From Chiloscyllium plagiosum (taxonomy: Eukaryota), in NCBI RefSeq assembly GCF_004010195.1, contig NC_057749.1, positions 11,100,841-11,124,928 of the forward strand: a stretch of DNA of 24,088 bases, read 5' to 3'. A program made the translations under genes and the position numbers. This document shows positions 1 through 9,619 of the stretch, one piece after another. Below the pieces are notes generated by a model, which saw nothing but the letters and a program-made list of their open reading frames with translations, searched no databases and had not been told where the DNA came from. The number at the start of each line of letters is the position of its first letter. Position 1 is the stretch's first letter.

Positions 1-59
1 TGTTGTGGGCATTAGAAATTGGATATCACAGGAGCAGGAATGGTTGTTGGATGCTCCAG

Positions 60-318
60 GATTTAGACGGTTCAAAAGGAATGGTGGAGTAGCAAATAGT
101 TGAGTGGACTGTCAGAGAATACAGCAGAATACAGACAGATTGGAGATTTGGCAGAGAAGTGGCAGGTGGAGTTCAATCCAGGCAAATGCAAAGTGATGCA
201 TTTTGGAAGATCGAATTCCAGAGCGAACTATACAGCAAATGGAAGAGCCTGGAGAAAACTGATGTCCAGAGAGACCTGGGTGTTCAGGTCCATTGTTCCC
301 TGAAGGTGGCAATGCAGG
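60..318 (+). mobile_element. CR1-clade LINE ORF2 fragment (post-RT region)
   Basis: ORF track gives 'AEKWQVEFNPGKCKVMHFGRSN' and 'QRDLGVQVHCSLKVA', the same motifs as the long CR1 at 22040-22200; frameshifted. Confidence 0.85.
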
Positions 319-708
319 TCATTCCCTCAACGTTTCCCCTCTCAATTTGAATTCGTGACTCCTAGTAATCGAGTCCCCCATGCTCGGAAAAAGCTTCTTA
401 CTATCCACCCTGCCAATACCTTTTATGATTTTGTAGACCTCAATCAGGTCCCCCATCAACCTCTGTCTTTCTAATGGAAATAATCCTAATCTGCTCAATC
501 TCTCTTCATAGCTAGTGCCCTCCATGCCAGGCAACATCCTAGTGAACCTCTTCTGCACCCTCTCCAAAGCATCCACATCCTTTTGGTAATGTGGCGACCA
601 GAACTGTACGCAGTTTTGCAAATGTGGCCGAACTAAAGTCTTATACAGCTGTCACATGACCTGCCAATTCTTGTACTCAATACCCTGTCCAATGAAGGAA
701 AGCATGCT
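319..708 (-). mobile_element. CR1-clade LINE ORF2 C-terminal fragment
   Basis: Minus ORF 319..621 'CVQFWSPHYQKDVDALERVQKRFTRMLPG...LGLFPLERQRLMGDLIEVYKI' is the typical CR1 ORF2 C-terminus. Confidence 0.9.
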
Positions 709-1748
709 CTTCTAAAGAAGACAGAAGGTAGTCGTAGATGGACAGTATTCAGCCTGGAGCTTGGTGGCCAATGGTAGTCTGCAGGAATCTGTTATGGGTC
801 TCTGCTCTTTGTGATTTTGATAAATGACTTGGGTGAGGAAGTGGAAAAGTGGGTTAGTGACTTTGCTGATGACACGAACGTTGGTGGAATGGTGAATAGT
901 GTGGAGGGCTGTTGTAGGTTGCAGTGGGACATTGACATGATGCAGAATTGTGCTGAGAAGTGGCAGATGGAATTCAAGTCAATATCAAGTGATTCATTTT
1001 GGAAGGTCAAATTTGAATGCAGAATACAGAGTTAAAGGCAGGATTCTTTTTCAGAGGGATTTTGGTGTCCAAGTCCATAGATTCCCTCAAAGTTTCCAGC
1101 CAAGTTTAAAGGGTTGTTAAGAAGACACTTGATGTGTTGGCTTTCATTAGCAGGGGGGATTGAGTTTAAGAGCTGTGATGTAATGCTGCAGCTCTATAGA
1201 ACCCTGGTTAGACCACACTTGGAATATTGTGTTCAGTTCTGGTCATCTCATTATAGGGAGGATGTGGAAGCTTTAGAGAGGGTGGAGAGGAGATTTACTG
1301 AGATGCTGCCTGGATGGAGGGCATGTCTTATGAAGAACGATTGAGGGAGATAGGGCTTTTCTCATTGGAGTGAAGAAGGGTGAGAGGTGACGTGATAGAG
1401 GTGTACAAGATGATGAGAGGCATAGATAGAGTGAATGGTCAGAGGCTTTTTCCCAGGGTGGAAATGGCTATCACGGGGGGCATAATTTAAGTGACTGTAG
1501 GAAGATGTAGGGGAGATGTCAGAGGTTGGTTCTTTACACAGAGAGTGTTGGGTGCGTGAAATGCATTGCCAGCAATAGTAGTAGAGTCAGATACATTAGG
1601 GACATTTAAGCAACTCTTGGATGGGCACATAGACGATCATAAATTGAAGGATATGTAGGTTAGTTTGATCTTAGAGTAGGATAAAAGATCAGCACAATAT
1701 CAAGGGCCGAAGGGCCTGTACTATGTTGTATTATTTTATGTTCTACAT
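709..1748 (+). mobile_element. 5'-truncated CR1 LINE (RT end through 3' tail), decayed
   Basis: 'LINDL...DFADDT' (RT YADD-type motif) in ORF 811..1035 and 'LYRTLVRPHLEYCVQFWS' in ORF 1114..1344; ends in GGGCCGAAGGGCCTGTACTATGTTGTA plus a degenerate TTCTA-type microsatellite tail; multiple stops. Confidence 0.9.
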
Positions 1749-3350
1749 TCATGTACCCCTCCAGACACCTTTTAAATGTTGTTATTGTACCAGTCTCCAC
1801 AACACCTCTGGAAGCTCGTTCCATACACGCACCATCCTCTGCATGAAAATTATTGCCTTTTGGGTCCCTTGTAAATCCTTCATCTCTGACTTTGTGTTTT
1901 GGACTCCCCCCCCACCTAGGGAAATGACCTTGGCTATCCACCTTACCCATACCACTCATGATTTTATAAACCTCTATAAGGTCATCCCTCAGCCTCCAAC
2001 ACTTGAGGAAAAATAGAACGAGCCTATTCAGCCTCTCCCTATAGTTCAAAACCTCTAACCCTGGCAATATCCTTGTCAATATTTTCTTCATCCTATCAAG
2101 TTTCACAAAATATTTCCAAGAGGAGGGAATCCAGAATTGAACGCAGTATTCCAATAGTAGCCTAACCAATGTCTGGTACAGCTGCAACATGACCTCCCAA
2201 CTCCTACACGAAAGCACTGATTTATAAAGGCAAGCATGCCAAACATCTTCTTCACTACCCTGTCTGCTGGTGACTCCACTTTCAAGGAATTACGAAGAAA
2301 CAGCCAGAGGTCTCTTTGTTCGGTAACACTCCCCAGGACATTACCATTAAGTGTATAAGTCCTGCTCAGACTTGCCTTACCAAAATGCAGCACTTCACAT
2401 TTATCTAAATTAAACTCCATCTGCCATTCCTAGGTCCATTGGCCTTTTGGTCAAGGTCCCATTGTTCTCTGAGCTAATCTTCTTCACTATCCACTACACC
2501 TCCAATTTTGTCATCTGCAAACTTACTAACCATTTGTCCTGTATTTATATTCATTTTATTTAATAAATAACAAAACTCAGTGAACCCAGCGCTACTCCTT
2601 GTGACACACTGCTGATCACAGACCTCTAGTCCAAAAAGCAACATTTCTCCACCATTCCCTATCTTCCACCTTTGAGCCAATTTTCTATTCAAACTGCTAG
2701 CTCTCCACGTATTTCATGTGATTTACACTTGCTAACCAGTCTACCATGCAGAACCTTGTTGAACATTTTGGTGAAGTCCATATTATACAGCATTCTCCAT
2801 TCTGCATTCCTCAGTCTTCTTCGTCACTTTTTCAAAAAATTCAATCAGGTTGGTGAGACATGATTTCCCATGCACAACGCCATGTTGATTATCCTCAATC
2901 AACCTTTGTCTTTCCAAATACATGTAAATTCTGTTCCTAAGAATCTCCTCCAACAACTTATCCATCACTGATGTCAGGCTCATTGGTCTGTAGTTCCCTG
3001 GCTTTTCCTTAACACCTTTCTTAAATAATGGCACCACATTAGTCAACTTCTAGTCCTCACCAATGGCTATCAATGATACAAATATCTCAGCAAGGGGCCC
3101 AATAATCACTTACCTAACTCCTGGGGTATATGTAATCAGGTCCTGAGGATTGATCTACTCTTATGCATTTTAAGACATTCAGCACCTCTTCCTCTGTAAT
3201 ATGGACAATTTCCAAGATATCACGATTTATTTCCCCAAGTTCTCTAGCTTCCATATCATTCTCCACAAAATCCCTGATGCAAAATACCCATTTAGTATCT
3301 CACCCATTTCCTGCGATTCCACACAAAGGCGACCTTGTTGATCTTTAAGG
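1749..3350 (-). mobile_element. CR1 LINE ORF2 fragment (RT to C-terminus), decayed
   Basis: Minus ORFs 'NVVPLFKKGVKEKPGNYRPMSLTS...SCLTNLIEFFE', 'VSKFADD', 'MEFNLDKCEVLHFGK', 'LLEYCVQFW'; closely resembles the plus-strand CR1 at 21300-22750. Confidence 0.92.
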
Positions 3351-3484
3351 GGCCCTATTGTCTCTCTAGTTTGTCCTTTATAAATCTGTAATTTAAAGTT
3401 TATCTAATTTTTGTGTAATATTTCCTCATGTCTGTCAGTTCATCACTGGGTGACACTTCTTAAAATTTGGGGTAGCCCTTTTCA

Positions 3485-3735
3485 GTACTGAGATGAGGAT
3501 ATATTTTCTCTCAGAGGATTATGTAACTTTGGAACTCTGCCTTAGAAGACTATGGAGGCAGGGACATTCTTTATTTTTAAGACAGATAGATCCTTGCCAT
3601 GCAGGAAAATCAAATATTAGCCAGGGCAAATGGGAATATGGTATTCAAAATACAAACAGATCAGCCGTGATCTTATTTAATGATGGAGGGTTCATGGAAG
3701 GAATGGTCTATTTCACATGTTCATATTTCTAGTTG
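3485..3735 (+). mobile_element. Old CR1-type LINE 3' end
   Basis: Degenerate CR1-like 3' sequence (TTTTCTCTCAGAGG...TGGAACTCTGCC...GGAGGC; GATCAGCCGTGATCTTATTTAATGATGGAG); recognised by eye only. Confidence 0.55.
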
Positions 3736-3819
3736 CTTTTGAGAGTTATGGTGAATTGGCTTTTGAACAATTGTGGTCTGTATGATACTATAAAAGAACC
3801 ACTATTTTTTGTTTGGACT

Positions 3820-4468
3820 TGTGACGATGCTGTGGCTTTAAGAAGTCATTTTGTCTTGGGTTTTTTATTTGGAGTGAGGTTGTAAGGCTGAGTCAGCGGG
3901 CAGTCTTCTAAAACCCATAGAATAAACAGCTTGTGAGGCCTTGGGTTTTTTTTTTAAACAAAGTTGGAACAATAGAAGCAGCTTGGCTGGGTATAGTCAG
4001 CTCTCACAGACCAGGCTTTCTTTTTTTTTAAGTGTTTAGGTTTAGCTTTAAGCAGTTGCTGTTGTGGGCTTGAAGAAGTAGAAGCTATCTTTTCTCTCTG
4101 TTGGTTACAACTAGAAGCTGGTATATCTCTCTGCTGCTGGATTACCTGTGAGACAAATTTATTTTTCTGAATTTGCCTTTTTGCCAAGGGGTGTTTATGG
4201 CACATTACCATATACTGGAACAGTTAATTAGTAATAGTTACTGTATTTATTATTCTGTTAAGCTTTCCCATAGAGTTATTACTCTAAATTCTTTTTCTTT
4301 GGTGGTATTTTGTGTTTAGATAAATTATTTTGCTTAATATCGAGTAGCTTGACCGAATGAATTGTATCTAGAACACAGCACATTACACCTGCCATTAAAT
4401 TAACAAAAAGTTAGGGTTTAGGCTACCTTCTTAAAATATTTTAAGGGAGTCTGGCCTCGTCCATAACA
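3820..4468 (+). mobile_element. Solo LTR (649 bp) with 4-bp TSD
   Basis: Starts TGTGAC at 3820 and ends ATAACA at 4468; flanked by the exact direct repeat GACT (3816-3819 and 4469-4472); no coding capacity. Orientation is a best guess. Confidence 0.8.
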
Positions 4469-4524
4469 GACTGTAAACTGAAAAATGAAAGATGCGCTGC
4501 TACATAGATAAATATACCAAGAAA

Positions 4525-4618
4525 CCGCCTGCTGAAGGAGGAGTGCTCCGAAAGCTAGTGCTTCCAAATAAACCTGTTGGACTGTAATGTGACATTGTGC
4601 AATTTTTAACTTTGTACC
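4525..4618 (+). mobile_element. Penelope-like repeat end (family B) with mutated hammerhead core
   Basis: CTGCTGAAGGAGGAGTGCTCCGAAAGCTAGTGCTTCCAAATAAACCTGTTGGACT matches the reverse complement of 11690-11755 and 15475-15540; the core reads CUGCUGA instead of CUGAUGA. Confidence 0.8.
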
Positions 4619-4619
4619 A

Positions 4620-5345
4620 AGAAAGACTTTGAAACTTGAAGATCAAGGGGGATTGCATTTTGCTGCACAAGATTATTACTTTTGAAGTAATGAAGTGGAT
4701 ACTGAATAAACAGAGTGACAGCAGGGATCTTTGAGTTAAGGGAAAACTGCATAATGATTGCCTTCAGATTAGTCCTACAGCAGTTTGTTGCAGACTTGTG
4801 AGTGCAGTGCATTCAGAGAAATCCAGAAGCCTGCAAACAAGAAGAACTTCTGACCACCTCTCTCTGCAGGTGAAAAAGACAAAATTGAAGGCTCTAAAAA
4901 TAAAGATTTGAAGACAAAATAAAACATACGTCTAACCTAATGAGTTACTCAACTGAAGACTGACCATCACCCTGCAGGCAACATTGGTTTTTTTGTGGTC
5001 ATGGTGACAATCAAAAGATCTCTGAGAAACACTTCATCCCACACTTCTGGTATGGACTCTTTTGCGTTTAATAGTCTGTTTTTATTTCTTTAATTCATGA
5101 ACAAATGTGTGTGTGTTTGGGTTTGAAAAGGATAGGTTTTAAGTTGCATTGTAGTAATGAGTAATTCATTTCTGTTTTGGCTGCTTATAATAAATAGTTA
5201 CTTTCCTGTTAATGACAAAACCTGGTCTGAATTACTTATGTCTTGAACAGGAGCCAATCAGGCAAACTGATCATCTTGGTGACTTAATTAGACAATTAGT
5301 TAGATGTTGTGTGAAATTGTGCAGCTCGATTATTGGCACACCCAA
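4620..5345 (+). mobile_element. Possible old LTR-derived remnant
   Basis: Non-coding; shares short ordered motifs with 12540-13404 (AAACCTGGTC followed by GGCAAA near the 3' end); no TSD found. Confidence 0.3.
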
Positions 5346-6298
5346 TAATATTTGTAGTTCTGTTAGAAAGGAAAATAATTAATGCAAAACTTGCATATAA
5401 CATTTCATAGAGCTTGGTACATCTTCAGGAGGAAGCTCAAAATGTCACAATAACCCCAGGCATCACATTTCCCCTTGTCAGTGGCAATTAAATTGCTACC
5501 ACTATTTACTGAGAATATAATACAGATAAGGAGAAAGAAAAATACTTCAAAATCAAAAAGGATAATAATTACACAATTTATTCAGTTTACTGGGCATTTC
5601 TTCCACAAAAGTAGCTTATTGCAGTCAGAAATCACACAGTCAGAATCCAAATCATTATTGCAGTCACTATACCACTTGTAGGCTGTGGCACCAACTTGGC
5701 TTACCTAAGGAAGGCAAGTATGTGTATGAAAGCTATGACGAAGACAGCTTGAAGAGCACTATCCAACTGTTGGCTTAACAGCTCATAGAAATCCCCAAGG
5801 CCCTTAAAAAACATAATCAAAATGAAAAGACAGAATAAAAACAATACCGGGAGAAACCGAAGGTTTGGTCAGATGTTGAATTTAACAGGAGAAGTAAAGC
5901 AACCTAAGGACAGAATTAAAAAGCAAGGTTTAAGTGTTTGATGTCATCAAAACTGAAACTGAGGTGGTAAAAGTGTTCTGCACAAGAGGATAGAGATGAT
6001 TAAAATGAGAGCTTTGGGCTGGGAACCTGTTGTAAGGCGGAGTCGGAGAGAATGAGATACATCAATGAGTGTTAGATTTGAGAACGCTAGGGTTTGGAAG
6101 ATACTGTAGATCAGTGAAGATAGGGGTGGGACAGGATTTGGGAAGTGAAGATTTAGATAAGCTAAAGTTTAAACTATAGAAAATGGAGGTCAGCCTGGAG
6201 AACACTGGAATTGTTAATGCTAGTAGTGACATAGAGATGAGAGCCGAAAATGTGTTGCTGGAAAAGCGCAGCAGGTCAGGCAGCATCCAGGGAACAGG

Positions 6299-6338
6299 AG
6301 AATCGACGTTTCGGGCATAAGCCCTTCTTCAGGAATCC
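6299..6338 (-). ncRNA. Minimal type I hammerhead ribozyme motif (mirror copy)
   Basis: Minus strand reads GAUUC-CUGAAGA-A-GGGC(UUAU)GCCC-GAAAC-GUC-GAUUC; identical core, with one U-U mismatch in helix I. Predicted cleavage after position 6305. Confidence 0.75.
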
Positions 6339-6371
6339 TGAAGAAGGGCTTATGCCCGAAACGTCGATTCT
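6332..6371 (+). ncRNA. Minimal type I hammerhead ribozyme motif (PLE-type)
   Basis: GAAUC-CUGAAGA-A-GGGC(UUAU)GCCC-GAAAC-GUC-GAUUC: intact CUGANGA and GAAA core, helix II, helix I GAAUC/GAUUC and a vestigial palindromic helix III (ACGU). Predicted cleavage after C6365. Confidence 0.8.
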
Positions 6372-6769
6372 CCTGTTCCCTGGATGCTGCCTGACCTGCT
6401 GCGCTTTTCCAGCAACACATTTTCAGCTCTGATCTCCAGCATCTGCAGACCTCACTTTCTCCACATAGAGATGAGAACCAATATTATGGAGATGGGAATT
6501 AAGTGGGTTTTAATCATGGACAGAACATAGGCCTACAAGAACATGGAAAAGACATCAAGGTTACTCATCTCGAGAGAGTGGTTAGTAAGTGGAGTAAAAT
6601 CTGTGGTATCCATGCAGGGCAACAGCAATAATTACTGTCTTGCTGATAGGAAGGGATCAGAGGTAGCGGGTAAGAGGAGGTGGGGTTAGTTCATTCAAAA
6701 CATTATGTTGAACAAGCTGACTCAGAGCACGAGGACAGTAAAACAATGTGGTTGAGGAGTGAAATTGGT

Positions 6770-6990
6770 AAACAATACTTTATATTGCACATTTTTTCAG
6801 TGCAAATTGGATTTAATACGATTGAAGAATTTTAACCATTATTTGTAGAATGCGAACTATCCCTACCTGTATTGGCTATAACGCGATTCCGACCCCATTA
6901 GTTTAAACGGCCCAGCTATTGTGTGATTTTCTTATAAAGCGAGAACGCATGAGAACAGAACTATTGCATTATTTCAGAAGCCACCATACC
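6770..6990. mobile_element. Probable degenerate non-autonomous DNA transposon (Tigger/pogo-like MITE)
   Basis: About 220-bp block differing in composition from the flanking L2, with repeated ATAACGCGA/ATAAAGCGA/AATACGA motifs of the kind seen in pogo-family MITEs; TIRs too decayed to fix. Confidence 0.4.
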
Positions 6991-7604
6991 ATACAATTGT
7001 AAACTAGTTTCACGCATGAATATGTTGTTACCAGAAGCCAGAAGAAGGAGGAGTCAGCAAATAGGAAGCCGTTTTGCCATTCAATGGAATTGTGATCTAA
7101 CCTAAACATACCCGCCTTTGTCACACATTACTTAGTATGTAGGTGAGGAAATGGAGAATAAGGTTAAATCCACATGGAACACTGCAACTGATGCAACCTC
7201 AAGTGATGCTATGGTGATGAAAAATAAAGTAACCACTCAAGATCTTCTGGCTGCAGTTGGAGAGGTGGAGTAGAACCAAGCTGAGGAAAGCACCATAAAG
7301 TTAGGCAACATAGAGAGCTGTAGAAAAGGGATGGTGCAGTCAACATATCAAGGACTGGTGTTAGGTCAAGAAAGATGAAGTGTGAAAGTGCACCGTGGTT
7401 ACAGTCATAGAAAAGAATCCTTCAGATCATTTCAGTGTTGCAATTGGAGCAGAAACTTGATTATTGAGGTTGAAACATGAAGTTATGGAAAAGATATGTA
7501 CAGACTTGAAAACACATTCAAGATTTTAGGAGAGGGAAAGGAGGTTGGAAGTAGAGTGATAGTTTAAAAGGACTGAATTAAGGGCAATTTTTGAAATATT
7601 ATCA

Positions 7605-7683
7605 ACCTGAAATACTAACTCTATTTCACACTCCACAGATCCACTAATTCTGCAGAATAATTCCAGCATTTCTGTTTTTCATT
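7605..7683 (+). mobile_element. Decayed Penelope-like repeat end (family C)
   Basis: ACCTGAAATACTAACTCTATTTCACACTCCACAGAT...TTCCAGCATTTCTGTTTTT aligns by eye with the arm at 14060-14135. Confidence 0.55.
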
Positions 7684-8025
7684 GAATCACAGAACTCTTA
7701 CAGTGTGGAAACAGGCCATTCAGCCCATCAAGTCTGCACTGACCCTCCAAAGAGCATCCTATCCAGACCCAACCCTCTATCCCCATAACCCTGCATTTAC
7801 TTTCGCTAGCCCATCTAACCTACACATACCTAGATACTATAGGCAATTTAGCATTGCCAATCCACCGAGCGTGCACATTTTTGGACTGTTGGCGGAAACC
7901 GAGTACCCAGAGGAAACCACACAGACATGAGAACATGCAAACTGCACACAGATGGATATCCGTAGGGTGGAATCGACTTGGGTCCCTGGCACTGACAGCA
8001 GTGCTAACCACTGTGCCACCATGTC
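7684..8025 (-). mobile_element. tRNA-derived SINE, HE1/V-SINE-like
   Basis: Minus strand has an A box TGGCACAGTGG (8008-8018), a degenerate B box (AGTCGATTCC), the core 'GGTGGATTGGCAATGCTAAATTGCC' and a CR1-like tail 'GGGCTGAATGGCCTGTTTCCACACTGTA'; homologous to 12196-12513. Confidence 0.88.
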
Positions 8026-8609
8026 ATTTTTGGTTTGTTTCTTTTTGATGTTGGAAAGTGGATAGTGGTTTTAAAGGTAGAATGTTACAGCGGAGGAGAG
8101 GAGATATTTTACATTTATGATAAGAGTAGGCATGAGGGGACAGGAAGAGGTTCAATAGACTGGAGTTTATTAGAAATGGGGTGGGGAGGAAGAGCTGGAT
8201 CTCATTCGCTTTTATTTACTCATATTATAAACATTCCACATAAAGTTGTCTCTAAATGTAACAGAATTTCAGTTTACGTGTTTTAAACACAGCTTTCATG
8301 TAGACATTTAAATAAAAGCTACCATCTTCAGTTGTTACATCAGAATGAATGATCAGTTGTGAGACAAATAGGGTAAAAGAGGACAAAACAGACACTTTGC
8401 TCACATTTATCTTTGCTCACAACAGTTAGAAATGTTAGCATCTGAAAATTATGGACAGATGAAGATCTCCTGCTGGTCTGTACAGCCTACACCTTGATGA
8501 TTTTCATGCCACAATATATATCAACAGCCACATAGAATCAGGTACTCTTTTGATCAGATTAAAAACCCCAGGCTAGTTGAGAGGCAAGAAAAAGACAAGT
8601 CCTCTTACA

Positions 8610-8780
8610 TTGAGTGAACAGTGAAGAAGGTTATCTACAATTACAAAAACATCCTAATCAACTGGGTCAATGGAATGAGGAGTGGCAGATGGAATTTAAT
8701 TTGAATAAATGCGAGGTATTGTGTTTTGGCCATACAAACAAGGACAGGACTTATACAATCAACTAAAGGGCCCTGGCTAG
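8610..8780 (+). mobile_element. CR1 fragment, interrupted by the LTR at 8781 and resuming at about 9533-9572
   Basis: GAGTGGCAGATGGAATTTAATTTGAATAAATGCGAGGTATTG = 'EWQMEFNLNKCEVL'; after the LTR, TTGAAATTTGTGTCACAGGTAGACAAGGTG = 'LKFVSQVDKV'. Confidence 0.75.
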
Positions 8781-9532
8781 TGTTGGGGAGATTTCACTGG
8801 GGTGTTTAATGTAGGGCTAGGGAGGGTGACACTTCCAGCCCTGAAATGGTTAACAACAGTCAAGCGAGCTGCTGCAGGCGACTGCATGACTGCTGGAGCT
8901 TGTAAGGGATATGCATAATGTTAATTAAATCTTGGAGCCTGTAAATACCAGCCAGTATCAATTGCCCCATCGAAACTCGGGATTAATAAAGAAACCGATC
9001 GGAATCTGTAACTGTTAGACAAGTGTGAATTGCTCTATCAGAACCTGTAACTAGTGAGTGTGAATGGCTCTATTTAAGTCTAAAGTTCATAAGTGTAATT
9101 GTCAATTTAGTTAAACTGAAACTATTGAAAATGGCTAGCCTGTCAGACACATAGTAATTCCTTGAAACAATGAACTATTGAATACGGGATCAGAACCGCT
9201 CCCGGGGATGGCTGAGCCATTGTCAAGCACAGCAGGAGCTGGACAGGCACTTCGATGCGGCCAATAGGAGGACGGATCCCCAGCGCACGCAGATGAATGG
9301 ACCAATGGGGAAGGCGAACTGACCGGGGACTCCAGGCAGCGCGAAGTATAATTGTGTCAAGTTTGAACGAGAAGGGAGAACGCCTTCTCCAACGAATGCA
9401 AGCTTGTAGATTCGTTGTACCAGTTAAGATTCTGTGAATAAACTGCTGTCTGCGTCTAACCATAGTTGCCAGTGTGAGTCTCTCCTTCCGAAAGAACACG
9501 CAAAGACGGGACCCCGCGGGTCCGTCTTAACA
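8781..9532 (+). mobile_element. Solo LTR (752 bp), ERV- or Gypsy-type, relatively young
   Basis: TGTT...AACA termini; flanks CTAG/GTAG (4-bp TSD with one mismatch); interrupts a CR1; CCAAT (9261, 9302), TATAAT (9347) and AATAAA (9437) in U3-R-U5 order; CpG-rich relative to the window. Confidence 0.78.
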
Positions 9533-9619
9533 GTAGTTATTTGAAATTTGTGTCACAGGTAGACAAGGTGGATACCTATCTATTCACTGCCCTCTCCAAT
9601 GGTCAGTTATATTCCTCTC

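Larger units (their letters stand above)
6243..6462. mobile_element. 220-bp fold-back Penelope-derived element (family A) with 14-bp TSD
   Basis: Perfect inverted arms 6246-6334 / 6336-6424 around a single central A (6335), followed by an unpaired tail ending at 6462. Exact direct repeat ACATAGAGATGAGA at 6229-6242 and 6463-6476. Confidence 0.92.
5690..8225 (-). mobile_element. Highly decayed L2-like LINE interrupted by younger insertions
   Basis: Purine-rich plus strand. The reverse complement near 7330-7375 (CTTTCTTGACCTAACACCAGTCCTTGATATGTTGACTGCACCAT) resembles the 'LLDLSAAFDTVDH' RT motif of L2. Interrupted at 6243-6462, about 6770-6990 and 7605-8025. Confidence 0.5.

Noticed and set aside
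4525..4560. Functional hammerhead ribozyme
   Set aside because: The core reads CUGCUGA (conserved A lost) and helix II is altered; treated as a dead copy.
6220..6432. Two near-identical ORFs on opposite strands (MCCWKSAAGQAASREQ...)
   Set aside because: A direct consequence of the palindrome; non-ATG starts and no protein features.
7960..8022. tRNA gene (also at about 12450-12510)
   Set aside because: The A/B boxes are SINE heads followed by SINE core and tail; no convincing cloverleaf.
9143..9499. 118-aa minus-strand ORF in the LTR
   Set aside because: No recognisable domain, non-ATG start, and expected by chance in GC-richer sequence.
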